A stretch of DNA of 63,959 nucleotides, the filler included, from Octopus bimaculoides (taxonomy: Eukaryota), in the NCBI RefSeq assembly GCF_001194135.2. It is 8 parts of 8 records of this genome, joined end to end, with 100 filler letters (N's around TTAATTAATTAA, not from the genome) between each part and the next. Parts side by side here need not be neighbours in the genome. Positions count along the whole stretch, not along the records: positions 38,996 to 48,362 come from NC_068995.1; positions 48,463 to 57,716 come from NC_068981.1; 6 more parts are not named here. One strand, written 5' to 3'. The translations under genes and the position numbers were made by a program. The number at the start of each line of letters is the position of its first letter. The stretch's first letter is position 1. The notes below the pieces were generated by a model. That model saw only the letters and a list, made by a program, of their open reading frames with translations, was not told the origin of the DNA and searched no databases. This document shows, in pieces, positions 41,202 through 53,225 of the stretch.

Positions 41202-41918
41202 CTAGAAATGATGTAAAGGAGGAAAGTAACCATAATTAGAAATAACAATCGTTAATTTTCTCTATTATACTTTTATTTATGAAAGTGAAAATAGCTGAGA
41301 CGATAGGGCAAAGGATAACTGTCTTGTTGCCAGCAATGTGTTGCTTTCATGCAAAGACAATTTTTCTAATAACTCAAGTTATCTAGCTGTAAATAAAATT
41401 CTCCAAGGAAGACATAGGACATATACCATTTATTTGTTATTTCCAGGTCTTCCAGTAATAATACTGATACTTCGTGATGTATATATCTCAAAACAATCTG
41501 TAAAACAACAAAGATTTTCTGTTCTTGTTTTTTCAAGTGAAACGTGAAGTCAATCAAAAGCAGGAGTACAATGATCCCGATAAAGCAATTGACCAATCAT
41601 ATTTGTCGTATATCAACTGACTAAACACGTGAAATGTACAATTTTCGTCAAATTCTTTCATAATACATGCCATTCCTGCAGTAAAAAGCAGCTGTACTGG
41701 ATTTCTTGACAGCTTGAGTCGATTTGTTGATTTCACAACAGAGTAACTAAAATTCGGTGTTGGTGTGTTTGCATCTCCATAACCTAGCATTTCAGCAAAA
41801 GAAACCGATTGAATAAGTATCAGGCTAAAAAATAAGTTCTGGAGTCGATTCATTCGACTCCAGTCTAGTGACTGAAACAAGTAAAAGATAAAAGGTGAAA
41901 AATAGACAGAATAAATAC

Positions 41919-42104
41919 CATCATCAAAGGAAAGTAATTGTAAACGTATTTCTTGTAAGGCCCGAACCACACCTCTACGGCCCGTTTGTAGTTATAAGCC
42001 TCTGTGTGTAACCTGTCACGAGGGAAACTGTAAGGTTGACTTCGTGCAATATGACCAAAGTGCGAGCAAAATACATGAAGGACCTGACCGCCACAACACC
42101 ACAC
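41919..42104 (-). CDS. GALNT: GALNT exon: VWCCGGQVLHVFCSHFGHIARSQPYSFPRDRLHTEAYNYKRAVEVWFGPYKKYVYNYFPLMM
   Basis: Acceptor tatattcag|GTG and donor ATG|gtattt; 186 nt, phase 0/0. Matches VW.CGG....PCS.VGHI.R..PY.FP....N..R..EVW...YK, including the Mn-binding His. Confidence 0.95.
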
Positions 42105-42841
42105 CTGAATATAGAATTTAAAAAGAAAAGTTAGTGGAATCCATTTAAACATTCAGAAAATGAGACAAAAAAAAAGAACAATCTTGTGTTCCAACCAACT
42201 TCAACAAGAAAAGTCATTGAGAAGAAAGCACAGCAGATAAAGTCGTTACTGAACTACTGATTAAGTGGAACAAAGTCATAGCTATGACCATTTCCTCTTT
42301 TCTGGTATATAAGATCCCTAATAACATTACCTAGTGCATTATTTTCTGAGCTGATACGGTAAATTTTAAAATTTTTATCTTTATTTTTATGTACTGAAAT
42401 ACTATGCGTTGATAAATTCAATCCTGAAGGAAGAATTGAATTTACAGAAAAGATTCTCTTTCCAATAAAACAGCTCCAGATAATGTCGAGAACCAAAAAG
42501 TCCGTGCTTTCAACTGTAGCATAACGTTTTCGGTTTGGAAGAGAAAAGAAATGGTTTAGAATTAATAAATTCTTCTTGTGGGAAAATTGCTTGATGAAAT
42601 ATGATTTGTGCGAAGTTAGAACTGTAACACGCTTGGAGTTCGGTATAGATAGGGGTAAGAAACTATTCAAGGCAGAAGTAATTTTAAGGAGGAAGAACTG
42701 GAAAATAATAAGGTCTAAGTAACGAGATGAAGAGTTTTCTGGGGACATTATGACTCAAGGCTTCATTGATAACTTATTAAATATAAAATAGTGAAGAGTG
42801 AGTATTAAATAAAAGAAAGTAAATTGTTAAAGAATACATAC

Positions 42842-42959
42842 TCGCCATGAAAGTTCCAAATTTTCTCCTCCCCAAATTGTCATCTTTGAGTCATAGAGGC
42901 CGATCTTTCTGAAGAACTTCACATCCATTGCGAATCCTGCTCCGACTATTACAGGACCA
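42842..42959 (-). CDS. GALNT: GALNT exon with Gal/GalNAc-T motif: GPVIVGAGFAMDVKFFRKIGLYDSKMTIWGGENLELSWR
   Basis: Acceptor ttaattgcag|T and donor CGA|gtatgt; 118 nt (1+39x3). Contains the diagnostic YD..M.IWGGENLELS.R motif. Absent from the ORF track. Confidence 0.95.
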
Positions 42960-43651
42960 CTGCAATTAAAACAACTATTGGGTATACTGTATTACATTCC
43001 ATATTAAATAGGAAATAACACTTACTGACCAAAGATGAAAAAAAAAAATTGTTACAGAAGACATTCGGTTCTCAGGATGCAGTTCTTTATTATATATAAG
43101 CAGTACTATCTAGCCATTCCAAGGTTTATTAATACCTAAAAGAAATACTATTGCTTGAGATCCATATATTTTAGGATAAACATCCTCGGAAGATGATTCG
43201 AATTGAGCTTCATGCAAGCGCACAATAAGTAAACCGATTTAAAACTTTAAAACTTTCTCTTTTTGCATTAAAAAAAAAAATCTTGAAAAACATGCTCTCC
43301 GCCCCAAGGATATACTAATTTATATAATTACTCTAAACGAATCATATCAGTATAATTTTCTCGGTGTCTATTGCAGTATATGGATGGGAAGGAGGCGATA
43401 AGCAATATTTTTTGTCAGGAACTATTTTTTGTTAGAAATATCAGAAGTCAAATAGACCATGAGAACTTGTAAAAAATGTTCTCTTATGCAAACCTACAGT
43501 TATCTAAAAACTAAAGTACTGCCTAGTCAAGGACATACATACATACATACATACATACATGCATACATACATACATACAGACAGACAGACAGACAGATCG
43601 ATAAGCAGGCAAACACGTAAATACTGATAGGCTAAAATGTATACCTACAAA

Positions 43652-44128
43652 CGAGGAGGTACCTAAAAGTAACCAGAAACGTTCTCTGTGGGACAAGCCT
43701 GTTGTAGTTCAGGCTTCCATCGCTAGACGCCACTTGATGCGACTCTCAGGCATCAGTCTCTCGACTAGCGTCGTCGGGTTAAGTCGTACTACCATGTGAT
43801 GCTTCTTTCTCTTGCAGTGATTCTCCCCGGTTCGTCGATTTTTGCGATGGCTGAAACGAAGGAACAGCGTGCTTCCATGAAATTCTGTTTTTTCCTGGGG
43901 AAAACGGCGGCTGTCATGCTTCAAACAGCTTACAAGGAAGCTTCCATGAGCAAAACACAAGTATACGAGTGGCTTTCATGCTTTAGGAATGGTCACTTGT
44001 CGCTTGAAGACCAACCTCGTTCAGGGGGAACCGTCGACCTCCCGAACGAATGAAACCATAATGAAAATTTCATGAACTAATCGTGGAGAACTATCACTGA
44101 ACAATTGACGAACTTGTTAATATGACTG
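43652..44128 (+). mobile_element. Truncated mariner: left TIR plus N-terminal HTH of transposase, inside a GALNT intron
   Basis: CGAGGAGGTACC TIR start; MAETKEQRASMKFCF.LGK.A..ML..AY.....KTQVYEW..F.NG..SLED.PRSG. Confidence 0.85.
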
Positions 44129-44178
44129 TACGAGGAGGTACCCAAAAACCCAGGGTTTTTGGGTACCTCCTCGTACAG
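44126..44178. mobile_element. Perfect 53-bp palindrome made of two fused mariner TIR ends, TA-flanked
   Basis: CTGTACGAGGAGGTACCCAAAAACCC-A-GGGTTTTTGGGTACCTCCTCGTACAG: 26-bp arms and a 1-nt loop. Confidence 0.85.
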
Positions 44179-45735
44179 ACAGACAGACAGACAGACAGAC
44201 AAGCACGCAGGAGGCAGGCTGGCAGGCAAACATATGTACATACAGATATGCAAACATAATTACATACATGAATACATAAATACCTAAATACATACATACA
44301 TACATACATACATACATACATACATACATGCATACATACATACATGCATACATACATGCATGCATACATGCATACATACATACATACATACATACATACA
44401 TACATACATGCATACATACATACATAGCACATTCGGAAACACAGAGACAGACCAGCATTTACTTTTACGTATTAAGACTGAGTATTCAAGACGCTGTGGC
44501 GGTCGATATATCAACACAACATTTCCAACGTTGTTTATTTATGCACAACGAAAGTTGTATTCGTGACAAACATGGCAAATAATTGTATAATTTACTCAAA
44601 CACCTTCCATTCACCATCACTGAAACTACCGTTATTTCACTTTCACCATCCCCATAACCATCATCACACCACCAACACCGCCGCCAGCATTACTAGTCTG
44701 ATCGCCACCATCACCGTCACCATCTTCATTACCAATATGAACCAATAAGGGATGCTCTTCACAATCATTCAAATTACTAGAAATAGCAGCAAAAATATTT
44801 CTTGTATTACTTTGTAGCACACATTAAACGGGCAAAACTATTGAAAAATGTAGCTCTAGATACACTATTCCTGAAAAAAAAAAAAAGAGCTCACATCCGA
44901 AACTGCTTTAATTATAGATCTAATCGATTCGGTCCTAATGAACGGCATATCTACAGCATTGTTATTATACTTCATAGTCAGCATGAACAGAATGTTGAAC
45001 TCTAAGCTCACATCAGCGGTTTCTGTGTCAAAGATCTGCTCAAGCAGAACGATCAGCGCTACGCAACAATAACATAGAATCAACGATAGAGTTTCCATGT
45101 ACTCATTCATCTTGCAAGAAACAGCAAGAAAATCTCTTTGAAATCATATCCAACCATTTTAAGAAGACAAGTTACGTAGTGCACCTTGATCTACATTATC
45201 CTACTCATTCATCTATATATCAACTATATCTCTTTCATATCATATCTGGCCAGATTTGAAAAGAAAGTCATATACTGCATCTTGAACAGCATTATGTTAT
45301 GTCTTAAATTAAAATGACCATGGTTGAAATGTCTTTGGTTATAAGTTTGCTACCCCATGACTGGCTGATCTGGACTTATACAACAACTCTGTATGATCCT
45401 TTCTCATATAGGCATAAGACCTGAAATTTGTGGATGGGGTGGGGAGCTGTCGATCACATCGACCCCAATGCTCAAATGGTACTGGTTTCGTTGACCCCCG
45501 AAAGAATGAAAAGCAAGTACTTCTCGGCGGAATTTGAACTAAGAACGTGAAGATAGACGAGATACTGCTAAACATTTTATCAGGTGTACAAATCATTCTG
45601 CCAGTTCACCACCTTAAACAACACTGTACAACAACAACCCATACTATTATAAGCTATACATTAAAAGACAATCTACCTAATCATAGCTCAATATTTTAGG
45701 TCAACGCTTGATATTTTGAAGTAAAATTTACTTAC

Positions 45736-45939
45736 GGTAAAGTGTCTGTTACCTTCTTATTTAACATTTGATCCGGTCGAAAATAAGTCTCATAGAATAC
45801 GAAATTCCAGTTGAAGCCATAACGAGGTTTGTAGTCCCGATCAAATTCATATTTAAACGTGTTTCTATCGATATAATCTAGTTGACCCATAGCTAATGTC
45901 GAACGGTTTTTCATTATCTCGACAAGTAAAGGCTGCAAC
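45736..45939 (-). CDS. GALNT: GALNT (polypeptide GalNAc-transferase) internal exon: (W)LQPLLVEIMKNRSTLAMGQLDYIDRNTFKYEFDRDYKPRYGFNWNFVFYETYFRPDQMLNKKVTDTL(P)
   Basis: Acceptor atttttcag|G and donor CC|gtaagt; 204 nt (1+67x3+2). Aligns to the GALNT motifs WLEPLL..I......P.ID.ID..TF.Y and GGF.W.L.F. The terminal CC joins the T starting the next exon to make Pro. Symbol is family-level only. Confidence 0.9.
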
Positions 45940-47028
45940 CTGAAAAATATATCCAAAATAGTTTGTAGTTCAGGTGTCAGGAATTTAGTTTCCACGAGGA
46001 GTTGAAAGTCTTATGGTTCGGATTAAGGTCCTTCGATGGGGGTGTGATGGCTGTAAAACAATATGAATTATTAAATGATAGGGAGATGTGAATGAAGAGG
46101 TAATCGCATTGAATAAGGAATGTATGGAAGAGCCGAGAAGGAAGAGACTGGTATAGGATCAGGCAGGAGAGAAGAGTGTACTATGAGTTGTCTGTTAAAG
46201 AGTCAAACAGTGACTTAAGGCCCCAAACGGTCCAACTGTAAGTACAGTGTCAGTTAAATTTATGATAAACATGAATATGCACAGTTACAAAGAAACAAAA
46301 CAAACAAACGCGCCACCCTTTTCGGTCCCTGGAGCCTTTACGACAACTTAAATTGAATCAATCAATATAATAACATTATGCAAGAATAACATAAGCTTCC
46401 ACACGAAGTTGCAAATAATAGAATTCCTCCCCTCACCTTTTTTTTTTTTGAATTTTTGAAGACTATATTTTTCTTGAGAGAAGTTGTTAAACGGACAATC
46501 AACTAAGGATTCGATGGTTCATATGTAGTCATCAGAGCTGTTCTGTGTCCAACATCAAAGCACTTAACACACATACTAAGATCATTTTCTTCAGTCAATA
46601 GTACTGTCAACAGCGTAGCAAGAATATTTAACCCGGGTCAGTATAACCGAACCCGGGTCAGTATAACCGATGCAAAAGAATAAAATAAAATAAAGAATAC
46701 GATCGCGATTCCCTAAAATATAACCAACATCATAAAAATATCTGACCATATCAGGATCTAACAACAATTGTATCCATGGCGCGCTTTTCCAAGATCATCC
46801 CTATATATTCAGCGTATTTTAGCCACAAGAAGAGAGACGGCAATCAGCAGACGGTAGCAGAACCAGTAGCTGGCCAGTGCTCTGTCGCAGCACAAAATCA
46901 ATGCACTTTCCCAAAGCACTGCACTGTAGAACCGAACCAGAAAGCGCATAGTTTACCTTCGGTACCTTGTATGTTTTATCCATTACTTGTTTCACTCGTT
47001 ATACCGTGGCAAGACTGGAAGAATTTTA

Positions 47029-47467
47029 GTTGTAATTTATAAACATCTTCAGAACGATTATATGGCAAAGACAAAATAGAAGGGGAAAAAATAGAAGGAA
47101 AAAGGATAAGTGTTCGTTAAAGCAATAGTCTTACATATCTTAGTGACTTACATATTTCCACGTGTCAGTAGGAGGATAAAAGAGAAGAAAGTTCGTTAAA
47201 TCCATAGTCTTACATTTAGTGACTTCCATATTTCCACGTGTCCGTAGGTTCTTACATTCGGTGCTACGGACACGTGGAAATACGGAAGTCACTAAATGTA
47301 AGACTATGTATTTAACGAACTCTCTTCTCTTTTATCCTCCTACTGACACGTGGAAATATGTAAGTCTCTAAAATGTAAGACTATCGCTTTAACGAACACT
47401 TTTCCTTTTTTTTCTTTCTACTTTATCTTTGCCATACAATCGTTTTGAAGATGTTCTAAATTGTAAC
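47029..47467. mobile_element. Foldback/MITE-like element with ~210-bp inverted arms and a 16-nt loop
   Basis: Left arm ends ..TCCGTAG at 47247 and right arm starts CTACGGA.. at 47264. Each arm holds two ~85-bp subrepeats containing GTTCGTTAAA..AGTCTTACAT..TTTCCACGTGTC. Confidence 0.88.
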
Positions 47468-47759
47468 GAGGTAAATGCAAATTTACCCCATTTTCATAAA
47501 TAGAAACAGCTGTAAACATACTCCTAATTTTATTAAACAACTTTAAAACACCAATGATCTACTTCTCATTGTTAATTATTGTTCCATTTGTTATTGTCTC
47601 TATATATTAAACCACGGTTTTACCTTTAAATTACCTACTACCGTATACTTTATAACGAGTACCATACATACTGAGGTAACACACCAGGAGTGCCTATGGA
47701 TACATTTATCTCTTAGACGGTTGCATAACCTCTAACTTATATCTTGTGTGTGTGTGTGT

Positions 47760-47859
<100 letters not shown>

Positions 47860-48227
47860 CAAGGAAAGTAGCTAGTTGTAAAATCTCAATAAGAGATGAA
47901 AGTAGTTACTATACTATCAAGCAAAGTTAATAGCCACCTCAATGTGGCTGTTTAATATTACTACTAGTTTAACCCCGGGCAGATCTTCAGCCAGCTGGTT
48001 ATAGGTGCACCCTGTACATATATATTGCCAGCAAGGGAGCGAACCCCTACCATTCTCCAGCAGACGAGAGGATCGCGAGACCGATTCGGTTTCGAGCTAG
48101 TTTGCTCACCCTCAGTCGCGAACACCTGGTCGCCAGAGAGATGGCCAGAATCCGATCCAGCAAACAATATATAATAAACAAAGTGACCATCGCTCATTTA
48201 CGTAAATATATATATATATATATATAT

Positions 48228-48362
48228 ATAGGTTCAAAAAAAAGACAACAAACAACAACGTGAGGACGTGATACGGATAGTGTTATTAGACGCTCGGGAA
48301 AGGAAAGAGAGAGAGTATGACGTTTCGGGCGGAGCCCTTCGTCGGAAACAAGGAAAGTTCAG
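48228..48362 (-). repeat. Penelope pLTR-like short repeat with a minimal hammerhead-like motif
   Basis: GTTT-CCGACGA-A-GGGC-tcc-GCCC-GAAAC-GTC-ATAC. Shares TTAGACGCTCGGGAA.G with the 30.4-kb repeat; a related fragment lies at ~18075-18150. Confidence 0.55.
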
Positions 48363-50164
48363 NNNNNNNNNNNNNNNNNNNNNNNNNNNNNNNNNNNNNN
48401 NNNNNNTTAATTAATTAANNNNNNNNNNNNNNNNNNNNNNNNNNNNNNNNNNNNNNNNNNNNAGAGAGAGAGAGAGAGAGAGAGAAGGAGAGAGAGAGTG
48501 AGAGAGAAGGAGAGAGAGAGAAGGAGAGAGAGAGAAGGAGAGAGAGAGAGAGAAGGAGAGAGAGAGAGAGAGAGAGAGCACGTAGTAGCTCCCTCTTAGG
48601 CTCGCTGCAGATTGCAATTGGTAGTATTTTTGTGGTTGTTGTTGTTGTTACTTTTGATGATGATGATGATGATGGTACTTATTTTTTTGCCCCCCCCCCG
48701 CAGCTGGTACTTATTTTATTGACCCCGAAAGCATGGAAGGCAAAATCGGTGCAAGCGGAATTTGAATACAGAACGTAAAAATGGACGATATGCCGCTAAG
48801 CATTTCGCTCGGTGCCTTAAAATAACAACGGATATTATTGGCCTAATTTCTCCGGAATACAACGTACAATAACAGAAGCAAGCATAAAGCATTATTCCAG
48901 CTGAATAAGATTAGAAGTAACCAAAGGAGTGTCAAGGAGTGCGGCCTAGTAGTTAGGAGCGTTTTTTCACTATTGATCACATGGTCACGATCTTGATTCC
49001 CCTGGCGGTGCGTCGTGGTTGCGAGCAAAACACTTCATTTCACTTTGTTCCAGTCTACTTACTTGAAAACCGAGTAACCCTGCGATGGGCTGCTGTGCTA
49101 TTCAAGGGGAATGCTGTGATCTTGGTCACGTGTTCCCATGGAAACCGAGGACTCGAGACAGTAATGTAATGGATTAACAGGAATATAGGTTTCGGACAAT
49201 GATTTGAATACATCTAACTTGATGAAACATAAAATCATACTATACCTTCTGGATGTCTTTGGAAGTTTTTTTTTAACTCCCGCCACATTAGTTTTGTAAG
49301 TTCAGTGGAGTTTGTTTAGTAGGCAACAGGACTCGACGCCATCGTTTCGCAATAATCTCACTACTGAAGGAGCTTAAATAAACTGCACCCTTTTGACCCT
49401 TTACCTTAAAGAACATATTCAGTTAGCAGTGCAAGAGATAACTCCTGAAATGCTTCAAAAAGGAGAGATTTGAAGCATACAGGGATACAGACATGTTGAA
49501 AATTTTCAATAAAAGTTTGACGTAAGATCTATAAATCTATTTGTTTTGGTAATAAACATGAAATTCTGTCAGTTTTTTAAAAATTTGCTCAATTTCATTG
49601 AAACAGAAAGTTAATTCTGGATCACCCTGTATGGTGTAGAGTTGTTGCGTTACTCGAGTAAATATTAAAATCAAAGGTCTTCTCACCGTAAAAATATCTC
49701 ATCTTTCTATTAAGCATATTGTATCAAGGAGTATATTATCAAACATGTGTCTTTCCTTTATAGGCGTGGCTGTGTGGTCTCTTTTATTACAGCTCCATGC
49801 CGACCAAAGTCTTGTGTATTATATAATCGCCATTACTGTATTGATATATAAAATAACACATACAACTCACTTATTATTGTCATATAATAAACAAACAGAA
49901 GTTCGTGTATGAAATTGATCTTTTTTCTACTTCAGTTATTACATGTTTTATTTCTTTTTCATATAAAATGCACATATACAGGAGGAGTAAATCTCTCTAT
50001 ATAATAACACTTTGAATGTTACTCCCGAGAAAGAGTAAAAGTAATTACCCGATAAACGACGATATTACTGCTAGTATCCAATAAAATAAACAACCCCCAC
50101 AACATGTACTCTACAGGGTGGATACCCAACAGAAGAACATAACTAGCGCTTTTTCTGTTTTTCT

Positions 50165-50570
50165 TTTACTTCTTTCAGTCATTTGACTGTGGCCATGCTG
50201 GAGCACCGCCTTTAGTCGAGCAAACCGATCACAGGACTTATTCTGTGTAAGCCTAGTACTTATTCTATCGGTCTCTTTTGTCGAACGGCTATAGTTACGG
50301 GGACGTTAACACACCAGCATCGGTTGTCAAGCGATGTTGGGAGGGTGACAAACACGGACACACAAACATATACACACATACACACACACACACATATATA
50401 TATACATATACGACGGGCTTCTTCCAGTTTCCGTCTACCAAATCCACTCACAAAGCTTTGGTCGGCCCGAGGCTACAGTAGAAGACACTTGCCCAAGGTG
50501 CCACGCAGTGGGACTGAACCCATGACCATGTGGTTGGTAAGCAAGCTACTTACCACACAGGCACTCCTGC
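50165..50570 (-). mobile_element. SINE family A, full length
   Basis: Reverse complement of the family A consensus seen elsewhere in the window. Confidence 0.88.
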
Positions 50571-50790
50571 ACCTTATGCACACAGCATGCAATACAAACA
50601 CTAATACAACAAAATATTGCAACCAGGCTCCACAACACAACAAACTGATGCAATACAATAATGCGAAGAGTTTGCACATCCCCAACAAGAGAAGACACAA
50701 TGCTGCACACACATCTTAGCAACACGGAGGTGCAGCAGGTGATGCAGTAGAAATATGTCTGGAACTATCAAATGTTGCATAGCAATAATA

Positions 50791-50825
<35 letters not shown>

Positions 50826-50828
<3 letters not shown>

Positions 50829-51384
50829 TGCCCGGATGCAGTACCAGGTAGTGGTTCTAATGGCTTCTGATCTTAATTGATTGGAAGTGTTATGATGTAC
50901 ATTGTTTTGTCTTGGTATAAAAGATGGGCTACAGCAAATATTCTGCTTAATACTACAGATTTGCTTGTCAGTTGTTTGACCTTAACCAGTTGAGCATGTC
51001 CCTTGGTGGCTGACGATATGTGCATCTCTGATCACGAGCAGAAGTAGTGGGGGAGCATCATAGCTATGTGTTGAGAGGAATTCTTGGGGGTTTGAATAAT
51101 TCACCTTTGAAAACATGGGTATTTTGCTCAACATCCTTAAACAAACCTTATTCAGGGACCTTGTGAGCGGAATGGGCTACTCGACCTGAAGAAAATTCTA
51201 ACTGGGTCCCACCTGCAAGGTCATGCGCTGTTTATCTTGATATGAGATCACCATGTCTCGCACATATGGTTGTGATGCATGTACCTGGTGTGCCCATATC
51301 TGGCGGGTAGTCATGATGGGTATAATGGGCTTCGTATATTTGTACCCCAGTATCACTTTGATGGCATGCACTGCTCTCTCACTC

Positions 51385-51390
<6 letters not shown>
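50826..51390 (-). repeat. ~560-bp unclassified dispersed repeat inserted in (AAT)n; an internally deleted copy lies at 55481-55830 (+)
   Basis: The two copies align (GAGAGCA.TG.A.GCCATCAAAGTGA..GGGTACAAATATACGAAGCCCATTATACCC..GAGAGCCACT.CCTGGTA). The 55.5-kb copy lacks ~190 bp. Confidence 0.8.
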
Positions 51391-51416
<26 letters not shown>

Positions 51417-51989
51417 TAATCTGTGGTCGTCAGTAAACAGGATTTAAGAAACAGCAAAAATATTACAGAAAATTGGTCCCTAATGTAAATCAGATCAGGA
51501 TACCGAAATATTTCTCTCATATATGAAATATAAGTTCCTGTCAAGTAGGTTATCGCAGAAAAACAAGCGTGTGATGATACAAACAATATGCAGTGATACG
51601 ACTCGCCTATACATGAAGTGAAGCAATACACGAGAATGCGATGTCGCTACAGAAAAAACAATGAGTACAAATTATAATTGTATCTGAAATCTCATCTCTA
51701 CACAAATACACATAAACATAATGTTTGTATAATTTACACATGCACTGTACATCGCGTACACGAACAAGACAACATAGAGGACACAGTGTTTAAACAAATT
51801 AAAAGCGACTCATAATAATAACGATAAACTTAAAATGGAACACGTCTCATTTTAACTAGAGAAAAAGAACGATGGAAATGAAACTTCGAAATCAAATAAA
51901 GACTAATTTCTATCTATGAGCTTGAGGCGCTTAAGATACAAAAACAAAAATAGCATACAGCAAAAGAGGGTGATCGACGGAAAAGATAC

Positions 51990-52400
51990 CTCTGAACAGG
52001 AAGGCCCCTCTACTAATGTCACTGCGCAAGCGAAAATAAAACTAAAAGAGAACGTTGGGCAGATGACGACAGTAGTTGGAGCAAAGGTAGCATCTCGAGA
52101 CGGTTACAATACCAATGATTGTAGGAACACTTGAAATGACCAATAAAAGAACTAAAAATTATTTGAGAATGATCCTTTGGTTACCATTTATTCAGGGAGC
52201 GCTAAAGATAGTCTTAAGTGTTAACTCCAAACAGCCTGTATATGAAAAGAAAGAATGGTGGCATAGGACGAATTAGTATAGAGTTTAACCGAAAAGCAGA
52301 GAAGAGAAAAGAAGACCTTCTTGAAATGAGAATGCATAGAGAGTTTCAAAAGAATACACAGGACGTTAAGGATAATACAGCATCGGGGGCACGGCTTGAG
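51990..52400 (+). mobile_element. Highly degraded R4/Dong-like LINE fragments; a further piece lies at ~53225-53330
   Basis: Remnants LYMKRKNGGIGRISIE and MHREFQ, and at ~53290 LTGTSHVLRRTLSL*. Confidence 0.45.
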
Positions 52401-52602
52401 CGAGGTGAGGATCCTAATGACAGAAACAATCCCAAATCATTGTAGGCGCATTCGGTATAACTAAAAAGCATTCAGACAAACACATGACCGAAGCAGCGAA
52501 GGCACCCAGAGCTGCTTGAACTGGAAATCATGTGACATCTGAAGGCGATTCCAATATCAATGATTGTAAGAACGCTTGCAGTGATGAAAAAAAAAGGGAT
52601 CT

Positions 52603-53225
52603 TTACTCTCTTTACTTATTTCAGTCATTTGACTGCGGCCATGCTGGAGCACTGCCTTTAGTCAAAAAAATCGACCCCAGGACTTATTCTTTATAAGCCT
52701 AGTACTTATTCTATCGGTCTCTTTTTGCCGAACTGCTAAGTTACGGAGACGTAAACACACCAGCATNNNNNNNNNNNNNNNNNNNNNNNNNNNNNNNNNN
52801 NNNNNNNNNNNNNNNNNNNNNNNNNNNNNNNNNNNNNNNNNNNNNNNNNNNNNNNNNNNNNNNNNNNNNNNNNNNNNNNNNNNNNNNNNNNNNNNNNNNN
52901 NNNNNNNNNNNNNNNNNNNNNNNNNNNNNNNNNNNNNNNNNNNNNNNNNNNNNNNNNNNNNNNNNNNNNNNNNNNNNNNNNNNNNNNNNNNNNNNNNNNN
53001 NNNNNNNNNNNNNNNNNNNNNNNNNNNNNNNNNNNNATATATATATATATATATATATATACGACGGGCATTCAGTTTCCGTCTACCAAATCCACTCACA
53101 TGGCTTTGGTCGGCCCGAGGGTATAGTAGAAGACACTTGCCCAAGGTGCCACGTAGTGGGACTGAACCCGGAACCATGTGGCTGGTAAGCAGGCTACTTT
53201 ACCACATAGCCACTCCTGCGCCTAT
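52603..53225 (-). mobile_element. SINE family A with an N gap in its microsatellite
   Basis: Tail at 52603-52766 and head at 53060-53225. Confidence 0.85.

Noticed and set aside
44865-45110. ORF with a hydrophobic N-terminus, ag|ATG and GAT|gtgagc, as a possible GALNT TM exon
   Set aside because: It lies between two catalytic exons that already join perfectly (CC|T), so it is in the wrong position and phase.
45940-46051. 5' extension of the 45732-45995 ORF, or an upstream acceptor at 46051
   Set aside because: In-frame stops lie upstream; homology and a clean acceptor define the exon start at 45939.
46630-46669. 20-bp tandem duplication AACCCGGGTCAGTATAACCG
   Set aside because: Ordinary local slippage duplication; only two units, so not an array or CRISPR.
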